From positions 32,001-96,000 of IMG/VR virus record IMGVR_UViG_3300048838_001106: a stretch of 64,000 nucleotides of DNA, one strand, 5' to 3'. Below the pieces are notes generated by a model. That model ran no database searches. It was not told the DNA's origin and saw nothing but the letters and a program-made list of their open reading frames with translations. The stretch comes from a virus. This document shows, one piece after another, positions 19,626 through 29,657 of this stretch. Position 1 is the stretch's first letter; every line of letters starts with the position of its first letter. Both the position numbers and the translations under genes were made by a program.

Positions 19626-20548
19626 TAAATAGCCTCACCAGATAGAGGTATGTTGCCTTGTTTGAAGTCAAGCGTAGACGAGTCGCCGCTCTCGCTTGCT
19701 GTAACCACCGCGGACCCTGCGCGGATCGCAGCATTCACACTGTCTATCGCGGTTGCTACCGTAGTTGTCACAGCAGACGCCTGTGCAAGGCTGCTATGCA
19801 CAGTCATTCGCGCGGCTTCAGCTGGCGTCACGATCGACACTGCAGCTCCTGCTTCGATGAAAATCTGCGATGGGTCATCGTTGGCAAGCGCAAATGTAGG
19901 GCCAGGGGCATCAGATGCGCGAAAAATGCCCACATCTTTGACCAGAACCTGAAACCCTAAACTAACAGACGTCTCCATGTTCCCATCGAGAGACGTAGTG
20001 TTGCCGACTAGATATCCCGTGATGCGTCTCCAGTCATATGCAATAGTGACAGGAAACCCTATGTCTGCCAGTCGCGTGCCTCTGAGCACGTTGTTGTACA
20101 GGATGTGCCACGCATCGTACCAGTTGTCCTGCACCGTGTTGAGCAGTGCGCCTTGGAAGCTGTACATCCTGGCTTTTCTTCCGAAGAAGAAAGCAACATA
20201 GGCGTCTGACAACACTTCACTGACCTGAACTTTTTCCTGACTTGACTCCTGAATATTCTGCAGCAGGAAGTCTAGATAGACGCGTCTTGAGTCTGCTCCG
20301 GTAACCTGCAACACTGCCTGAGCATAGGCCTTTGCTTCGTCTGTCGGCATGGATGCGACAATAGCAGCAGCAGTCTCGTCATCCGGCACCTCTATGTACA
20401 GCCTCGCCTGGGTCTGCTGCGCCGCCGCAGTGGTGTTGCCTGGATTGTATTTTGGTGTGCCAGCAGGATGCTCTGCGTAGACTCCACGAACACGTGCCTG
20501 TGGGTCATTCAGACTGGTGTCACCACCATAAATCGGCCTTCTAGTCAT
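19625..20548 (-). CDS. Tail/baseplate protein (possible tube-initiator-like)
   Basis: FLLQNIQESSQEKVQV...FFFGRKARMYSFQGALLN; position shortly after the tape measure. Confidence 0.5.
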   Translation of the reverse strand: MTRRPIYGGDTSLNDPQARVRGVYAEHPAGTPKYNPGNTTAAAQQTQARLYIEVPDDETAAAIVASMPTDEAKAYAQAVLQVTGADSRRVYLDFLLQNIQESSQEKVQVSEVLSDAYVAFFFGRKARMYSFQGALLNTVQDNWYDAWHILYNNVLRGTRLADIGFPVTIAYDWRRITGYLVGNTTSLDGNMETSVSLGFQVLVKDVGIFRASDAPGPTFALANDDPSQIFIEAGAAVSIVTPAEAARMTVHSSLAQASAVTTTVATAIDSVNAAIRAGSAVVTASESGDSSTLDFKQGNIPLSGEAI

Positions 20549-20745
20549 GGACGCCTCTTCGTGACTGTGACTACCATCGGTCTGGTCTCGTGAACCATGC
20601 GTAGACTTCGCGCCACCAGACTGTCGACGTTAACAGCGGCTGGCGTCATTCTTCGGTGGTTGTCGATAATATTCTCGGTATACAGCCTGATAGTTTCAGG
20701 GCCTGATGGGTGCACTATTTTGAGTCTAGATGTCATAGTGGTCAA
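20545..20745 (-). CDS. Small hypothetical protein
   Basis: 66 aa; 4-bp overlaps with both neighbours. Confidence 0.55.
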   Translation of the reverse strand: MTTMTSRLKIVHPSGPETIRLYTENIIDNHRRMTPAAVNVDSLVARSLRMVHETRPMVVTVTKRRP

Positions 20746-23700
20746 TCCGGTGCGTTAGGGTCTTCGACCATCTTGGTAGCAGCCTGCTTAGCTTTGTTGT
20801 TGGTCCCGAGCAACGCGCGTGTGTTGTCCTCAAGAGCGCGCGCGTTGTAATCCACGGATGCATTAAGCCTGCTAAAGAATTGGCTCTGTGCTTCGATCGC
20901 GATCTCTTGATTAGTGATGCCTTCGCTGGTGGCGCCTACTCCCTTCGTTTTGATATCTAGCTCACCACCGCCCATACCCATGTCTCCAAGGAGATCTAGA
21001 GCCGTAAGCATGTCCTCATCTTTCTCCAAATCCAGAGACTGGAACTTAGAGAAGTTGCTGGCGCCCATGGTTTTTTGAAGGGCGGCTGCATTGACTCCTG
21101 TCGCCTTTTGAAGACGCGCTGCGTGACTTTTGAGATTGTCGTCCTTCTTGAATGCTACCTCACCATTCGCGCCAGCGCCCTGAAGCACGGCTGCTGCTTC
21201 TCTGCTGGACGTTAGCAGGTTGTCGAACGCAGCGGCCTGCCGAGTGTCACCAATCTTAGACAGGGCTCCTGCTTTTAGCTTGGTGATGTCTGCTCTGCCG
21301 TTAGAGACGGCGACCCTGTCTTCGACTCGTGGAACATTAAGTATTCTGTCAGCCTGCACCATAAGTGCTTCCTGATGATCTTTAGACAGGCCCTTGAACT
21401 TAGCGCGCGCGGACTCCAGTTTGCTTATATGTGCGTCGCCCTCCGTCTCCAGCAGGGACTTGTGTAGCTGCTGAGCTATGGATTTCATGCCTCCTGTTGA
21501 TTCAAGTGCTGCTGCTAGTGCCAGGTAGTATCCCTGCTCAGACGCGTCATCCCCTGTCAACATGAGCATAACTTCCATGGCCGCGCGCTGCGAATCATTT
21601 AGGTCGTCTATTTCTACGTCCTTAAATATTTCGCCGCCAAACATAGCTGACAACGCCGCGTTAGCGTTGGCGCCTCCGCCAGCCCCGGTAAACTCTCTTC
21701 CTAGCTTAGTGGCGTTAGCGACAAGAGCTTTTTCTGTGTGGAAAGTTTGATACTGCTCGGCCTTAGAACCGCCAGCCAGTGCCGCTGTGTCCATGAAAGC
21801 GCGCTGCTCGGCTTCTGTCAGGTTGTCCCAGCCAGGCACGGCTTCTCTGAAATCTGAAAGTGCAATCATGCCTGGGTCTGTGATGCCCATACCTACTTCG
21901 CTGGCCATCTTTTTGCCAATGGTAACCTGAGCCTTGGCCAGTACAGCATCATCTCCTATCTTAGCACGAAGCGACGCTCTGGCCGCGGCTCTGTCTTCGC
22001 TAGACAGCGGTTTGCCGTACGACCCAGCTAGCTTATCTAACGCGGCAGCGTCTGTTTCCGATGGATCTAAGTAGTTTCTTAAAGCACCTAGTGACCTGCC
22101 AGCTCTGGAATTAGACATGGCATATCTGCCAGTGCCAAATAGGGCTTCGTTGCCGTCGTGAGCCATGTGATCGTACGAGCCCTGAATAACCCTGGCCCCA
22201 AAACTTCGTATAGTCCCCCGGCCCATCAGCTCATCTCTATACGTCAGGTCTTCGTCGAACATGCTAAATTTGTCCGACCCTTCATTGACAGCTTTGTCCG
22301 CGTACAGAAGCGCTTCCTTCCTTGAAACGCCGGGTGTCTGCATGCCTTCGCGCACAGCACGTCTAACGCCAACAGCTTCCAGCTTCGCGCTCTCTTCCAT
22401 GCCCTCTATGGTGTCGGACCATGATCTTTGCATGCTGTCTATCGGTGACGGCAGTCGCATGCCGTGTCGCGCTAAAAACCCAAACTCAGGCGCAGTTCTT
22501 TGTGATGCTTCAAATTGTTGGCGCTCCAGCTCCTTGTTCATCTGTGCCATGATGTTCTTTTGATACGTCTTGTCTGTCTGTCGCATCAAAACAGCTGCGG
22601 CGTCCTCGCCCACATTCATATTAAGGATAGACTGGACATCGAGATTTGGGTTCCGCTCTGACAGTGTCAAAGCCATATCAAACATCATGCGCTGCGCACC
22701 TGCGGGGCCTGACATGTCCCCAAGCGCGTTCGTCAATTCCCTTCGCTGATTGCCTGCAAGGTTCTGCCATGCTTTTTGTGACAAGTCTGTGCGCCCGGAC
22801 GCTGCCTGAAGCGCGTCGTGAAATGTAGTCTTTCCTGTTTGCAAATCCCGCAGGCGATCTTTGTTAATGGACAGGCGCCCGCCTTTGCCTTCGTCAACCA
22901 GGAAAGGCAGAATGTACTGTGATAGAGCAGAGATCGACGCACCTCCAACCTCAGTCATCATCTGCGCGACACCAGACTCGCCACCATACATGGCCAGGTC
23001 GCGCTCATTGAACGTGCCTGCCGCCATGAGTTGCTTGGTGGCGCCGAGTGCATGCACACCTGCCTGAAGACCTTGTGCGCCAGCTAACCCGAGTTGCTGG
23101 TATGTGACTGCTCCCTGCATACCCTGCGTCTGCATGGCCTCTTCTACAGACACCCCCGCCATGCGTGAGTATGCCTCCATGTTTCTCAGGGCCTCGTCCA
23201 TCTTATTCATGCCCATTCCAAGCTGACGTAGCTTGCCTATCTTTTGAATGTTGGCCTGAAAGTCAGGATCTCCGGTTATCTGAGACATCGTTGAGACTAA
23301 CGACATGATGTTCTTGGTAGCCTTGATGATCTGTTCAGAATTCTGTTCGAAGTCTAAAAGCCCCTGCTCACCCGACATCTGAACAAGCCTGGTGATGTCC
23401 TTGCGATTCATGTCCCCGTTAGTAGAGCTTGCCAGACGATCCATGCCATACGTCATGCGCTGAGCCGCTGACGATGACAGCCCTGTTCCAGATATGTCAG
23501 TGTCTGCATTCGAGGACAGCATATACGCCCTGGAAGCGTACTGCGTCTGGATAGCATCATACCTTCTCTCCAGTGCAGGACGCATCACTGCAGCTACAGC
23601 TCTGTCCGCTCCTGGCACAAATTGCAGCATCTCTCCCGCTACTGCACCGATACCGCTGCCAGCGATAGGGTTGCCAACTGCGGCACCGCCTACAGCACCA

Positions 23701-24446
23701 ATGCCCATGCCTATCAGGCCGCCCACGTGTCCTAACGCCATCTTAGCAGCGCCATCTGCATAGCTTTGGTAGCCCTGCTGCTGTGCTCTTGTCATGTCTA
23801 GCGATTGATTCAGAGCGGCGTCGTAAGGCCTGGAAAAAGAGAACTCTCTTGTACGCTGAAGGTCTGAAACGGGCAGCATAGCCAGCGGAGGTCCTACGCC
23901 TCCAAGTCCCATGGGAGCTGCTGTACTCGGTCTATCTAGCATCTGACTGCGAAACACACCCATGTTGTGTGATGTCATCATGCCAGCGCCTGGGTACATC
24001 ATGCTCGGGTCCATGTATGCTGCGGTAGACGCGTTCATAATCTGCTGACTGCGTGCCTGAGCCAGCGCAGCCTGCATGCCAAACGGGTCTGACCCTGCAT
24101 GCATCATAGGCTGCTGCATCGGTGGCATCATAGGCTGCTGCATGAATGGCATGGGGGCTGGTTGATACGCCGGTTGCGGCGCCTGATACTGCGATGTAGG
24201 TGCTACACTCATTGGCGGCACGTACGGCATTACTGGCGCAGGTGGAGGTATCTGCATGGGAATAAACGGTGCACTTGCCGAGGCACCATACATAGCCATC
24301 ACCTGTGGAGGCACAAAATCGGTAATTCTTGGAAGAGCAGGCGGCGGGGTAATCCCAAAGTTAGACACTGTGTTGGACATACCCTGGTAGCCCATGGTCA
24401 CGTCCGCCATCACATCCGATAGTGATCTTCCAAAATCGTCAGACAT
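20742..24446 (-). CDS. Tail tape measure protein
   Basis: 1234 aa, Ala/Gly/Gln/Met-rich helical with a Gly-rich hydrophobic segment; directly follows the chaperone pair. Confidence 0.75.
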   Translation of the reverse strand: MSDDFGRSLSDVMADVTMGYQGMSNTVSNFGITPPPALPRITDFVPPQVMAMYGASASAPFIPMQIPPPAPVMPYVPPMSVAPTSQYQAPQPAYQPAPMPFMQQPMMPPMQQPMMHAGSDPFGMQAALAQARSQQIMNASTAAYMDPSMMYPGAGMMTSHNMGVFRSQMLDRPSTAAPMGLGGVGPPLAMLPVSDLQRTREFSFSRPYDAALNQSLDMTRAQQQGYQSYADGAAKMALGHVGGLIGMGIGAVGGAAVGNPIAGSGIGAVAGEMLQFVPGADRAVAAVMRPALERRYDAIQTQYASRAYMLSSNADTDISGTGLSSSAAQRMTYGMDRLASSTNGDMNRKDITRLVQMSGEQGLLDFEQNSEQIIKATKNIMSLVSTMSQITGDPDFQANIQKIGKLRQLGMGMNKMDEALRNMEAYSRMAGVSVEEAMQTQGMQGAVTYQQLGLAGAQGLQAGVHALGATKQLMAAGTFNERDLAMYGGESGVAQMMTEVGGASISALSQYILPFLVDEGKGGRLSINKDRLRDLQTGKTTFHDALQAASGRTDLSQKAWQNLAGNQRRELTNALGDMSGPAGAQRMMFDMALTLSERNPNLDVQSILNMNVGEDAAAVLMRQTDKTYQKNIMAQMNKELERQQFEASQRTAPEFGFLARHGMRLPSPIDSMQRSWSDTIEGMEESAKLEAVGVRRAVREGMQTPGVSRKEALLYADKAVNEGSDKFSMFDEDLTYRDELMGRGTIRSFGARVIQGSYDHMAHDGNEALFGTGRYAMSNSRAGRSLGALRNYLDPSETDAAALDKLAGSYGKPLSSEDRAAARASLRAKIGDDAVLAKAQVTIGKKMASEVGMGITDPGMIALSDFREAVPGWDNLTEAEQRAFMDTAALAGGSKAEQYQTFHTEKALVANATKLGREFTGAGGGANANAALSAMFGGEIFKDVEIDDLNDSQRAAMEVMLMLTGDDASEQGYYLALAAALESTGGMKSIAQQLHKSLLETEGDAHISKLESARAKFKGLSKDHQEALMVQADRILNVPRVEDRVAVSNGRADITKLKAGALSKIGDTRQAAAFDNLLTSSREAAAVLQGAGANGEVAFKKDDNLKSHAARLQKATGVNAAALQKTMGASNFSKFQSLDLEKDEDMLTALDLLGDMGMGGGELDIKTKGVGATSEGITNQEIAIEAQSQFFSRLNASVDYNARALEDNTRALLGTNNKAKQAATKMVEDPNAPD
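24101..24143. repeat. 19-bp direct repeat x2 encoding MQQPMM
   Basis: gcatcataggctgctgcat at 24101-24119 and 24125-24143. Confidence 0.85.
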
Positions 24447-24457
24447 TTATTGCACCT

Positions 24458-24865
24458 CTAGTCTTCTCCTCTCAGCCATGAGTTGAGGTCGAAAGACTCT
24501 GATTCCATCTTGTCCAGACGCTCGAACAGCTTTCGCTTTTCCTGGCTTTCGCGAAGACGCATCTCGAGAGTTCGCCTGTGATAAGAAGTACCATACGCGG
24601 ATTGGTCTATCTCCGCGAGACTCTTTCGCAAAGAGACCTTGAGGAAATCATACCTCTTTTGAAACTCCACGTCTGCTGGAACGCCCGCCATTGAATACGT
24701 TATCATGGCGTCTTGCTGCAACAAAGTAGCCTGCAGCTGGCGCTCTCTGCGTAGAACTTCCGCCCACAACCTGTTAGTTGCCATGCCTGTCAGCGAGTGG
24801 TAGTCCGGCAACTCAATACCCCGCGTTCTAAACGTGATGCGCGTGTTTAGAAGAGGGTTGGATAA
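24458..24865 (-). CDS. Tail assembly chaperone, frameshift extension (gpT-like)
   Basis: The -1 frame is open from the slippery site (LSNPLLNTRITFRTRGIELPDYH...) into ORF 24458..24811, which otherwise begins at a TTG. Confidence 0.75.
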   Translation of the reverse strand, partial: LSNPLLNTRITFRTRGIELPDYHSLTGMATNRLWAEVLRRERQLQATLLQQDAMITYSMAGVPADVEFQKRYDFLKVSLRKSLAEIDQSAYGTSYHRRTLEMRLRESQEKRKLFERLDKMESESFDLNSWLRGED

Positions 24866-25497
24866 AAATTTTCCAGGTACCCCTCAGAGAATACTGTGTT
24901 GATTTTGCGATCGAAGTCGTAGAGTTTACGCTGCAGGATGGTGAACGCCGGCTGCGGAATGCTGCTTAGCCAGGCCAGTGTCTTCTGCACATCTTCGGGA
25001 GTCTGGTTAGGGAACACGCGGTCGCCATATCTCACAATCGAACTTGCCAGGTGCTGGCGCGCGATCTCAAACTCTATGCTGGTTCGGTACTGCGGCATCT
25101 CCTTCTCCAGCGCCCGGTTTAGCCGCGCCTGGTCAGTCAGGGTCCTTGTACGAAACGTCACGGACACCGAGTCAGTAATTTTAATAGTCTCTTCATACTG
25201 CCGAAGCGTGACGACGATGCAGTCTATGATGCCAAGGGCTTCTTTGAGCGGAATGTTCTCTTTTTCCAGCGCTGCGCGGTACCGCTCTTGTGGAGACTTA
25301 TCCAGCTCTTCCATAGCTGCTTTAATGGCCGCATCCTCTTTGTCAAAGACTTCCTGACTGGCTGTGACCACGGGTGCTGCCATAGAACTTCCAGTGGAGC
25401 TGGCAAGATACTCACGAACTTCGTCAGCCACGGACGCCGGCGCATGCCTGTCCGTGTCGACTACTGGGGGCTGGTTGATGAGGTCTTCACTCTGCAT
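24847..25497 (-). CDS. Tail assembly chaperone (gpG-like)
   Basis: Likely start MQSEDL with GGAG SD; ends just after the slippery site; precedes the tape measure. Confidence 0.75.
   Translation of the reverse strand: MQSEDLINQPPVVDTDRHAPASVADEVREYLASSTGSSMAAPVVTASQEVFDKEDAAIKAAMEELDKSPQERYRAALEKENIPLKEALGIIDCIVVTLRQYEETIKITDSVSVTFRTRTLTDQARLNRALEKEMPQYRTSIEFEIARQHLASSIVRYGDRVFPNQTPEDVQKTLAWLSSIPQPAFTILQRKLYDFDRKINTVFSEGYLENFYPTLF
24865..24871 (-). other. Programmed -1 frameshift slippery heptamer A AAT TTT
   Basis: In-frame X XXY YYZ five sense codons before the stop of the upstream gene; the -1 frame joins the downstream ORF. Confidence 0.75.
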
Positions 25498-25567
25498 ATT
25501 TTCTCCGGTATAGCCGCACATTTTGTGGTAGAAGAGGACGCCTCCAAACTCTATAGCAGGTCAGTAT

Positions 25568-25909
25568 ATGGAACGACAAGAGATAACACTGTTCGACGTT
25601 ACAAGAAATGAGTGGATGTCACTTCGCAACGCGTTCAAAGAGTTCGACGTAGAATCCGGGGAAGAAACCGAAGCAGACAACTGCTGGGATGCGCGCCTTC
25701 GAACCGACTGGAAAGAAGACGAAGTCATGTACTGGAGCCGCAGCAGCTGGAGAGAGGGTTTCTGGCACGCGAAGATGGTGCTCATACCCGCCACCGAAGA
25801 CACCTGCACGATTGTGTTAGTGCGCGGCGACGACCCGAAAGCCATGTTGCTAACCAGGACACTGGAATACATAGAGCCGTTTCTCAGAAAACATAAAGGA
25901 GCCACATGA
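25568..25909 (+). CDS. Hypothetical protein
   Basis: First gene of the plus-strand block; ATGA overlap with the next gene. Confidence 0.6.
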   Translation: MERQEITLFDVTRNEWMSLRNAFKEFDVESGEETEADNCWDARLRTDWKEDEVMYWSRSSWREGFWHAKMVLIPATEDTCTIVLVRGDDPKAMLLTRTLEYIEPFLRKHKGAT

Positions 25910-26214
25910 AGGGAGAAGTGATAGCCAGGGACACCCTGCGTCTGTTGACGTACGTGGAGTGTAAGAAGTGTGAAAAGGCCGCGGCCGAGATAAGTGTAGG
26001 CACGACAATTCGTGCCGCAGCATTGGATAGCGGCGCTGTTATTGAAGGGGAACTTCTGGGCGTCACACTGAAAAGTAGCCCTGCCCAGTCAACTGGATAC
26101 GTGCTGCGTGCCACGCCATCGAGGTGTGTGGAGACCGTGTCGCTAGCAGGGCCTATAGAGGTCTGCTGCGGCCAGTGCAAACGAACCGTCGGCAGTGTGA
26201 CACTATGGACCTGA
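25906..26214 (+). CDS. Zinc-ribbon-like hypothetical protein
   Basis: CKKC...CGQC; AAGGAG SD. Confidence 0.6.
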   Translation: MKGEVIARDTLRLLTYVECKKCEKAAAEISVGTTIRAAALDSGAVIEGELLGVTLKSSPAQSTGYVLRATPSRCVETVSLAGPIEVCCGQCKRTVGSVTLWT

Positions 26215-26876
26215 CAGCTTCAGAGTACCCATGCTGGCTATACTCTGCCGTGCAACCACTGCATAGCATCCAGTGTACTGATGCGTCTGCGTGGTACAGA
26301 TACCGAAGGAAAAAATGGAAGCGTATAGCACCAGACAAGACCAGCACACGATTGATCAAGCTGCTAGATTCAATGGGAATTGGCACAGATGTGCTTGTCA
26401 AATTCATGGACGACGCAGGGTTCGGTGCTTACCAGGACATCGTGCGGCGGATCGTGGCGTACAACGCGCCTCCCAGTGCTTACTCGCCAGACGTTCTGGA
26501 TGCGATAGCCACATCTCTGGCGGTGCCAGTGACGTATCTATACATGGAGAACATCAACAGTATTCCTAACATCTTCAGGGCAAGATACGCCGTGACCAAA
26601 CACAGCATGTTCAAGCCAGCTACTGAGGAAAAAGAAGCCGAACTGTCTGACGCTGTGTTCACCGGTGTGTTGAGCGTACCTAGCGCAGGGCCTGCTTTAC
26701 GTGTCTTCCACGTACTGTACACGGTGGATGGTGTGGGAGGCTACAAACGCGCTCACGTGATTACGTCTGATGCAAAGCGGGCTGCAGACGTGTTGTTGTC
26801 TCAGATACCTGACGCCTCTGTCGTGGAAACATCTTCGCAAGCCCTAATCGACGGGTTGATAGTCTACGGGAGTTAA
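26205..26876 (+). CDS. Hypothetical protein
   Basis: Likely start MDLTASEY overlapping the previous stop. Confidence 0.6.
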   Translation: MDLTASEYPCWLYSAVQPLHSIQCTDASAWYRYRRKKWKRIAPDKTSTRLIKLLDSMGIGTDVLVKFMDDAGFGAYQDIVRRIVAYNAPPSAYSPDVLDAIATSLAVPVTYLYMENINSIPNIFRARYAVTKHSMFKPATEEKEAELSDAVFTGVLSVPSAGPALRVFHVLYTVDGVGGYKRAHVITSDAKRAADVLLSQIPDASVVETSSQALIDGLIVYGS

Positions 26877-26878
26877 AT

Positions 26879-27316
26879 ATGAAGATGGTGTTAGAGATGA
26901 AATACACGCCAAGAAACGGCGTGTCAGTGCTAGTGAGTAGCGCATGGAGCGCCAGAACGATGCACGCGCAGGTGCCCGCATGGGTTCGGTACGTTCACAT
27001 GACCCCTTTGTACAGAAATGACGCCCTGTACTTCAACCTACATAAACTGTTTGTAGACAGTCCACTGGTGGTTGGAGCCGTAGTAACTCGGCATGAGAGG
27101 GGCTCCCTACATGCGACAGCGTCATTGCTGTACTACCTGTCAGAATCCGACTGCGAGGCAGCGTTGACGAGCGCTGCGCAAAGCAAAAACGCTATACAAC
27201 CCTGGGAAATATTGCTGCAGCCTGGCGGTAAGGAAACCTGGGGGAAAGTCACAGTACCTGCAACCTTGATCCTCCCAGACATCCTGGGCATGGAGGTAGA
27301 ATGTCAACTACAGTAA
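26879..27316 (+). CDS. Hypothetical protein
   Basis: GGGAG SD; tight gene packing. Confidence 0.55.
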   Translation: MKMVLEMKYTPRNGVSVLVSSAWSARTMHAQVPAWVRYVHMTPLYRNDALYFNLHKLFVDSPLVVGAVVTRHERGSLHATASLLYYLSESDCEAALTSAAQSKNAIQPWEILLQPGGKETWGKVTVPATLILPDILGMEVECQLQ

Positions 27317-27765
27317 ACGTGCGCTTCCTGACGCGCGAGTTTGAGCCGAAAGATGCGATATGGCTACGCAAGCGAACCGTAGAGCTGCCGTGGCACATGA
27401 TGCATGATGTGCTTCAGGAAGCGATCGGTGTGGATGTGTTTGTCGAGGGCAGTCCTGATGTGTACCTCACCGATTGTGACGGGTTACACGTTGTAGAGCC
27501 GCTTCTCGCGTCGCTTGTGTTGGACGGACCCGGCTTGCCACCCATGAAGTGCCTGGCGGTGGACATCCAGGTCAAGATCGCTGCCGAAATGGTTGTGGCC
27601 GACTTGTATTTCTGCAGCTATGCGGAGTATCTCGGAGAGTTGTATGCTGGAGCTCCGTCATCAAGAGTATTCTTTGATGACGAGACTACAGTTCTTGACA
27701 CGGAGATACCTGCATGGATGAATACCGAAAGCAGCGGTACATACGAAGAGAATACCGCGACCTAA
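27301..27765 (+). CDS. Hypothetical protein
   Basis: GGAGG SD. Confidence 0.6.
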   Translation: MSTTVNVRFLTREFEPKDAIWLRKRTVELPWHMMHDVLQEAIGVDVFVEGSPDVYLTDCDGLHVVEPLLASLVLDGPGLPPMKCLAVDIQVKIAAEMVVADLYFCSYAEYLGELYAGAPSSRVFFDDETTVLDTEIPAWMNTESSGTYEENTAT

Positions 27766-28220
27766 ACACAGAATCACTAGGGGAGCTAAAAGAAAACACG
27801 GCTGAGTGGTCGTACCTGTCAGAGTACGCAGACGCCGTGCCATTGACAGAGTATACCGGTACGCTGCGAAAGGACGCCGGCATCAAAGCAGCAAAGCAAC
27901 GCGCCGCACTTAAGGACCATATTTACGTGTGCTCGCTCGATGTCGTAAAGCCAATCCTGAGACACACTAACCTAGAGTTGTTTCTGTCATCGATACCAGA
28001 CGTGTGCACCTCTCGGACAGGTGCTTACTGGGTGCTTGGCCTGTCTGATTTCGATCCAAACACAGATGCAGACTATACCCGCCTGCGTCTCTATCTTACG
28101 TCGATTGTCCCCATGAGTGTGCTGGACGGCTTTGCGGTGTGCACCCCTCCGGTTAAATTGAAGCATCACACCGCGCAGCTCACAGCAATACCAACCCCAG
28201 AATGGATAACAAACAAATGA
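27714..28220 (+). CDS. Hypothetical protein
   Basis: GGAG SD; operon packing. Confidence 0.55.
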   Translation: MDEYRKQRYIRREYRDLNTESLGELKENTAEWSYLSEYADAVPLTEYTGTLRKDAGIKAAKQRAALKDHIYVCSLDVVKPILRHTNLELFLSSIPDVCTSRTGAYWVLGLSDFDPNTDADYTRLRLYLTSIVPMSVLDGFAVCTPPVKLKHHTAQLTAIPTPEWITNK

Positions 28221-28474
28221 GTTTCGATCCTACTATGCCTCTTATCACTGCGTACCTTCAACTGTGTGTAGGGAAGAACGCCGACATCTACAGAAATGAA
28301 AAAGTGCGTGGTGTGCACCAGCTAGCCCTGGCAAACCTGAGCGCTACCGAATCGTGGTTAGACGTCGAAACACTATACCTTGAAGCCATTCACGAAATCA
28401 TCGGCCCGGAGTGTCCTGGGCCCCTTAAAGACATGATACTGGCGATCAAAGAGATCGCGAAGGAGTCTGTATGA
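28217..28474 (+). CDS. Hypothetical protein
   Basis: ATGA overlaps at both ends. Confidence 0.55.
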   Translation: MSFDPTMPLITAYLQLCVGKNADIYRNEKVRGVHQLALANLSATESWLDVETLYLEAIHEIIGPECPGPLKDMILAIKEIAKESV

Positions 28475-28824
28475 GCAAGTTCAATACCGAATACTCTCTT
28501 GAGCACGAAGGCGTGCCTACCTGTGCTACCACTGTTGACGTGCGTCCTGGATGGGATGTTATTCTGGAGTACTTCAAGCCGTACGCTGGAGAAGTAACCG
28601 CACCGCCCATTCGTCTGACTGGATATCTGGTGGCGCGCGAGAAAATGTTGCAGGGCGACATCAATGTTGCTCTGGAAAAGTCGAAGTACCTGGCGTCGCT
28701 TCCAGAGACCGCTCGCGAGTTCGTCAAAGACCTTGACGGCGGATTCGACGGATTGAATGAGGACATCCAGTATCTGATGGATGAATATGTTGGCATCCTG
28801 ACCATCAAGGATCAGGTACTGTGA
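28471..28824 (+). CDS. Hypothetical protein
   Basis: AAGGAG SD; acidic. Confidence 0.6.
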   Translation: MSKFNTEYSLEHEGVPTCATTVDVRPGWDVILEYFKPYAGEVTAPPIRLTGYLVAREKMLQGDINVALEKSKYLASLPETAREFVKDLDGGFDGLNEDIQYLMDEYVGILTIKDQVL

Positions 28825-29657
28825 GTAAGACGCTGCAGGACGTCGTAGACAAATGGTACCAGGGACGAAGCGCACACTATTCAGGAGTTAGAGTCAGCAC
28901 AGACGGTGTTCGTCTGTGGTCATACAGAACGCAGATAGCCTGGGCAGGTATCGGCGTATACTGCATCGATGCCACCAGTTACTCCGTGTCAACGTCGAGG
29001 CATCAGCGTCTAGCAATCGAGGCGGCGAGTGACGAAGCTCTCCATTACTGGGGAAGAGAAAGCTACAAAGGCAAAGGTTGGACGTGTCGCACATCCTTGT
29101 TTCGCGAAGACGTGACTCTGCTTAGAGAAAACGCTGCTGACACTGACATATTTCAAGTCATGCTTCCAGCAGGCACCGCATACAAGTACTTCAGTGTGGC
29201 AGCGGTAAAGCAGCGTGGGGATGTCTATCTATTCTACATCCAGGCCAACGCCGTGTCTCACCCGTCTCCCTGGCTTGGAAACGTGCTTCGCCCAGGCAGA
29301 GGCATCATCGGTCAGACAACTGACTGTCCATCCTCGGTAGCGGACTTGATCAGGGATTGGGTGCCAGAGGCACTCTATCCTGCGCGGAATGAGGGAAGGC
29401 TGTTCTCATACGAGGGTCTGCTGTTCGAGGAATTGGAGCCGAAACGCGGCACATTCTCCAGAACTAAGAATGGACCAGTTTACGTCGGTGAGACGACAAC
29501 CGGGCGGCCCGTGACAGCACTAGACGTGAGTGTGGAAGATCCGTCTGTGTTCTACGGACGCATTCAGATGGGCAACGAGCACACACTTCGATTGCCAGGA
29601 AACAAGTGGTGGCGCGCGCACAGATCGGCGTACCACCCAACAATACAAGGAGGGTAA
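28821..29657 (+). CDS. Hypothetical phage protein
   Basis: N-terminal LWSYRTQIA...YSVSTSRHQ resembles a motif of small phage proteins. Confidence 0.6.
   Translation: MSKTLQDVVDKWYQGRSAHYSGVRVSTDGVRLWSYRTQIAWAGIGVYCIDATSYSVSTSRHQRLAIEAASDEALHYWGRESYKGKGWTCRTSLFREDVTLLRENAADTDIFQVMLPAGTAYKYFSVAAVKQRGDVYLFYIQANAVSHPSPWLGNVLRPGRGIIGQTTDCPSSVADLIRDWVPEALYPARNEGRLFSYEGLLFEELEPKRGTFSRTKNGPVYVGETTTGRPVTALDVSVEDPSVFYGRIQMGNEHTLRLPGNKWWRAHRSAYHPTIQGG

Noticed and set aside
1-25497. Extracellular contractile injection system or tailocin in a bacterial chromosome
   Set aside because: The flanking DNA is phage-like (dense small ORFs, phage-type accessory enzymes, no housekeeping operons), so a large myovirus is the simpler reading. 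Head genes are not in the window, so this is not fully excluded.
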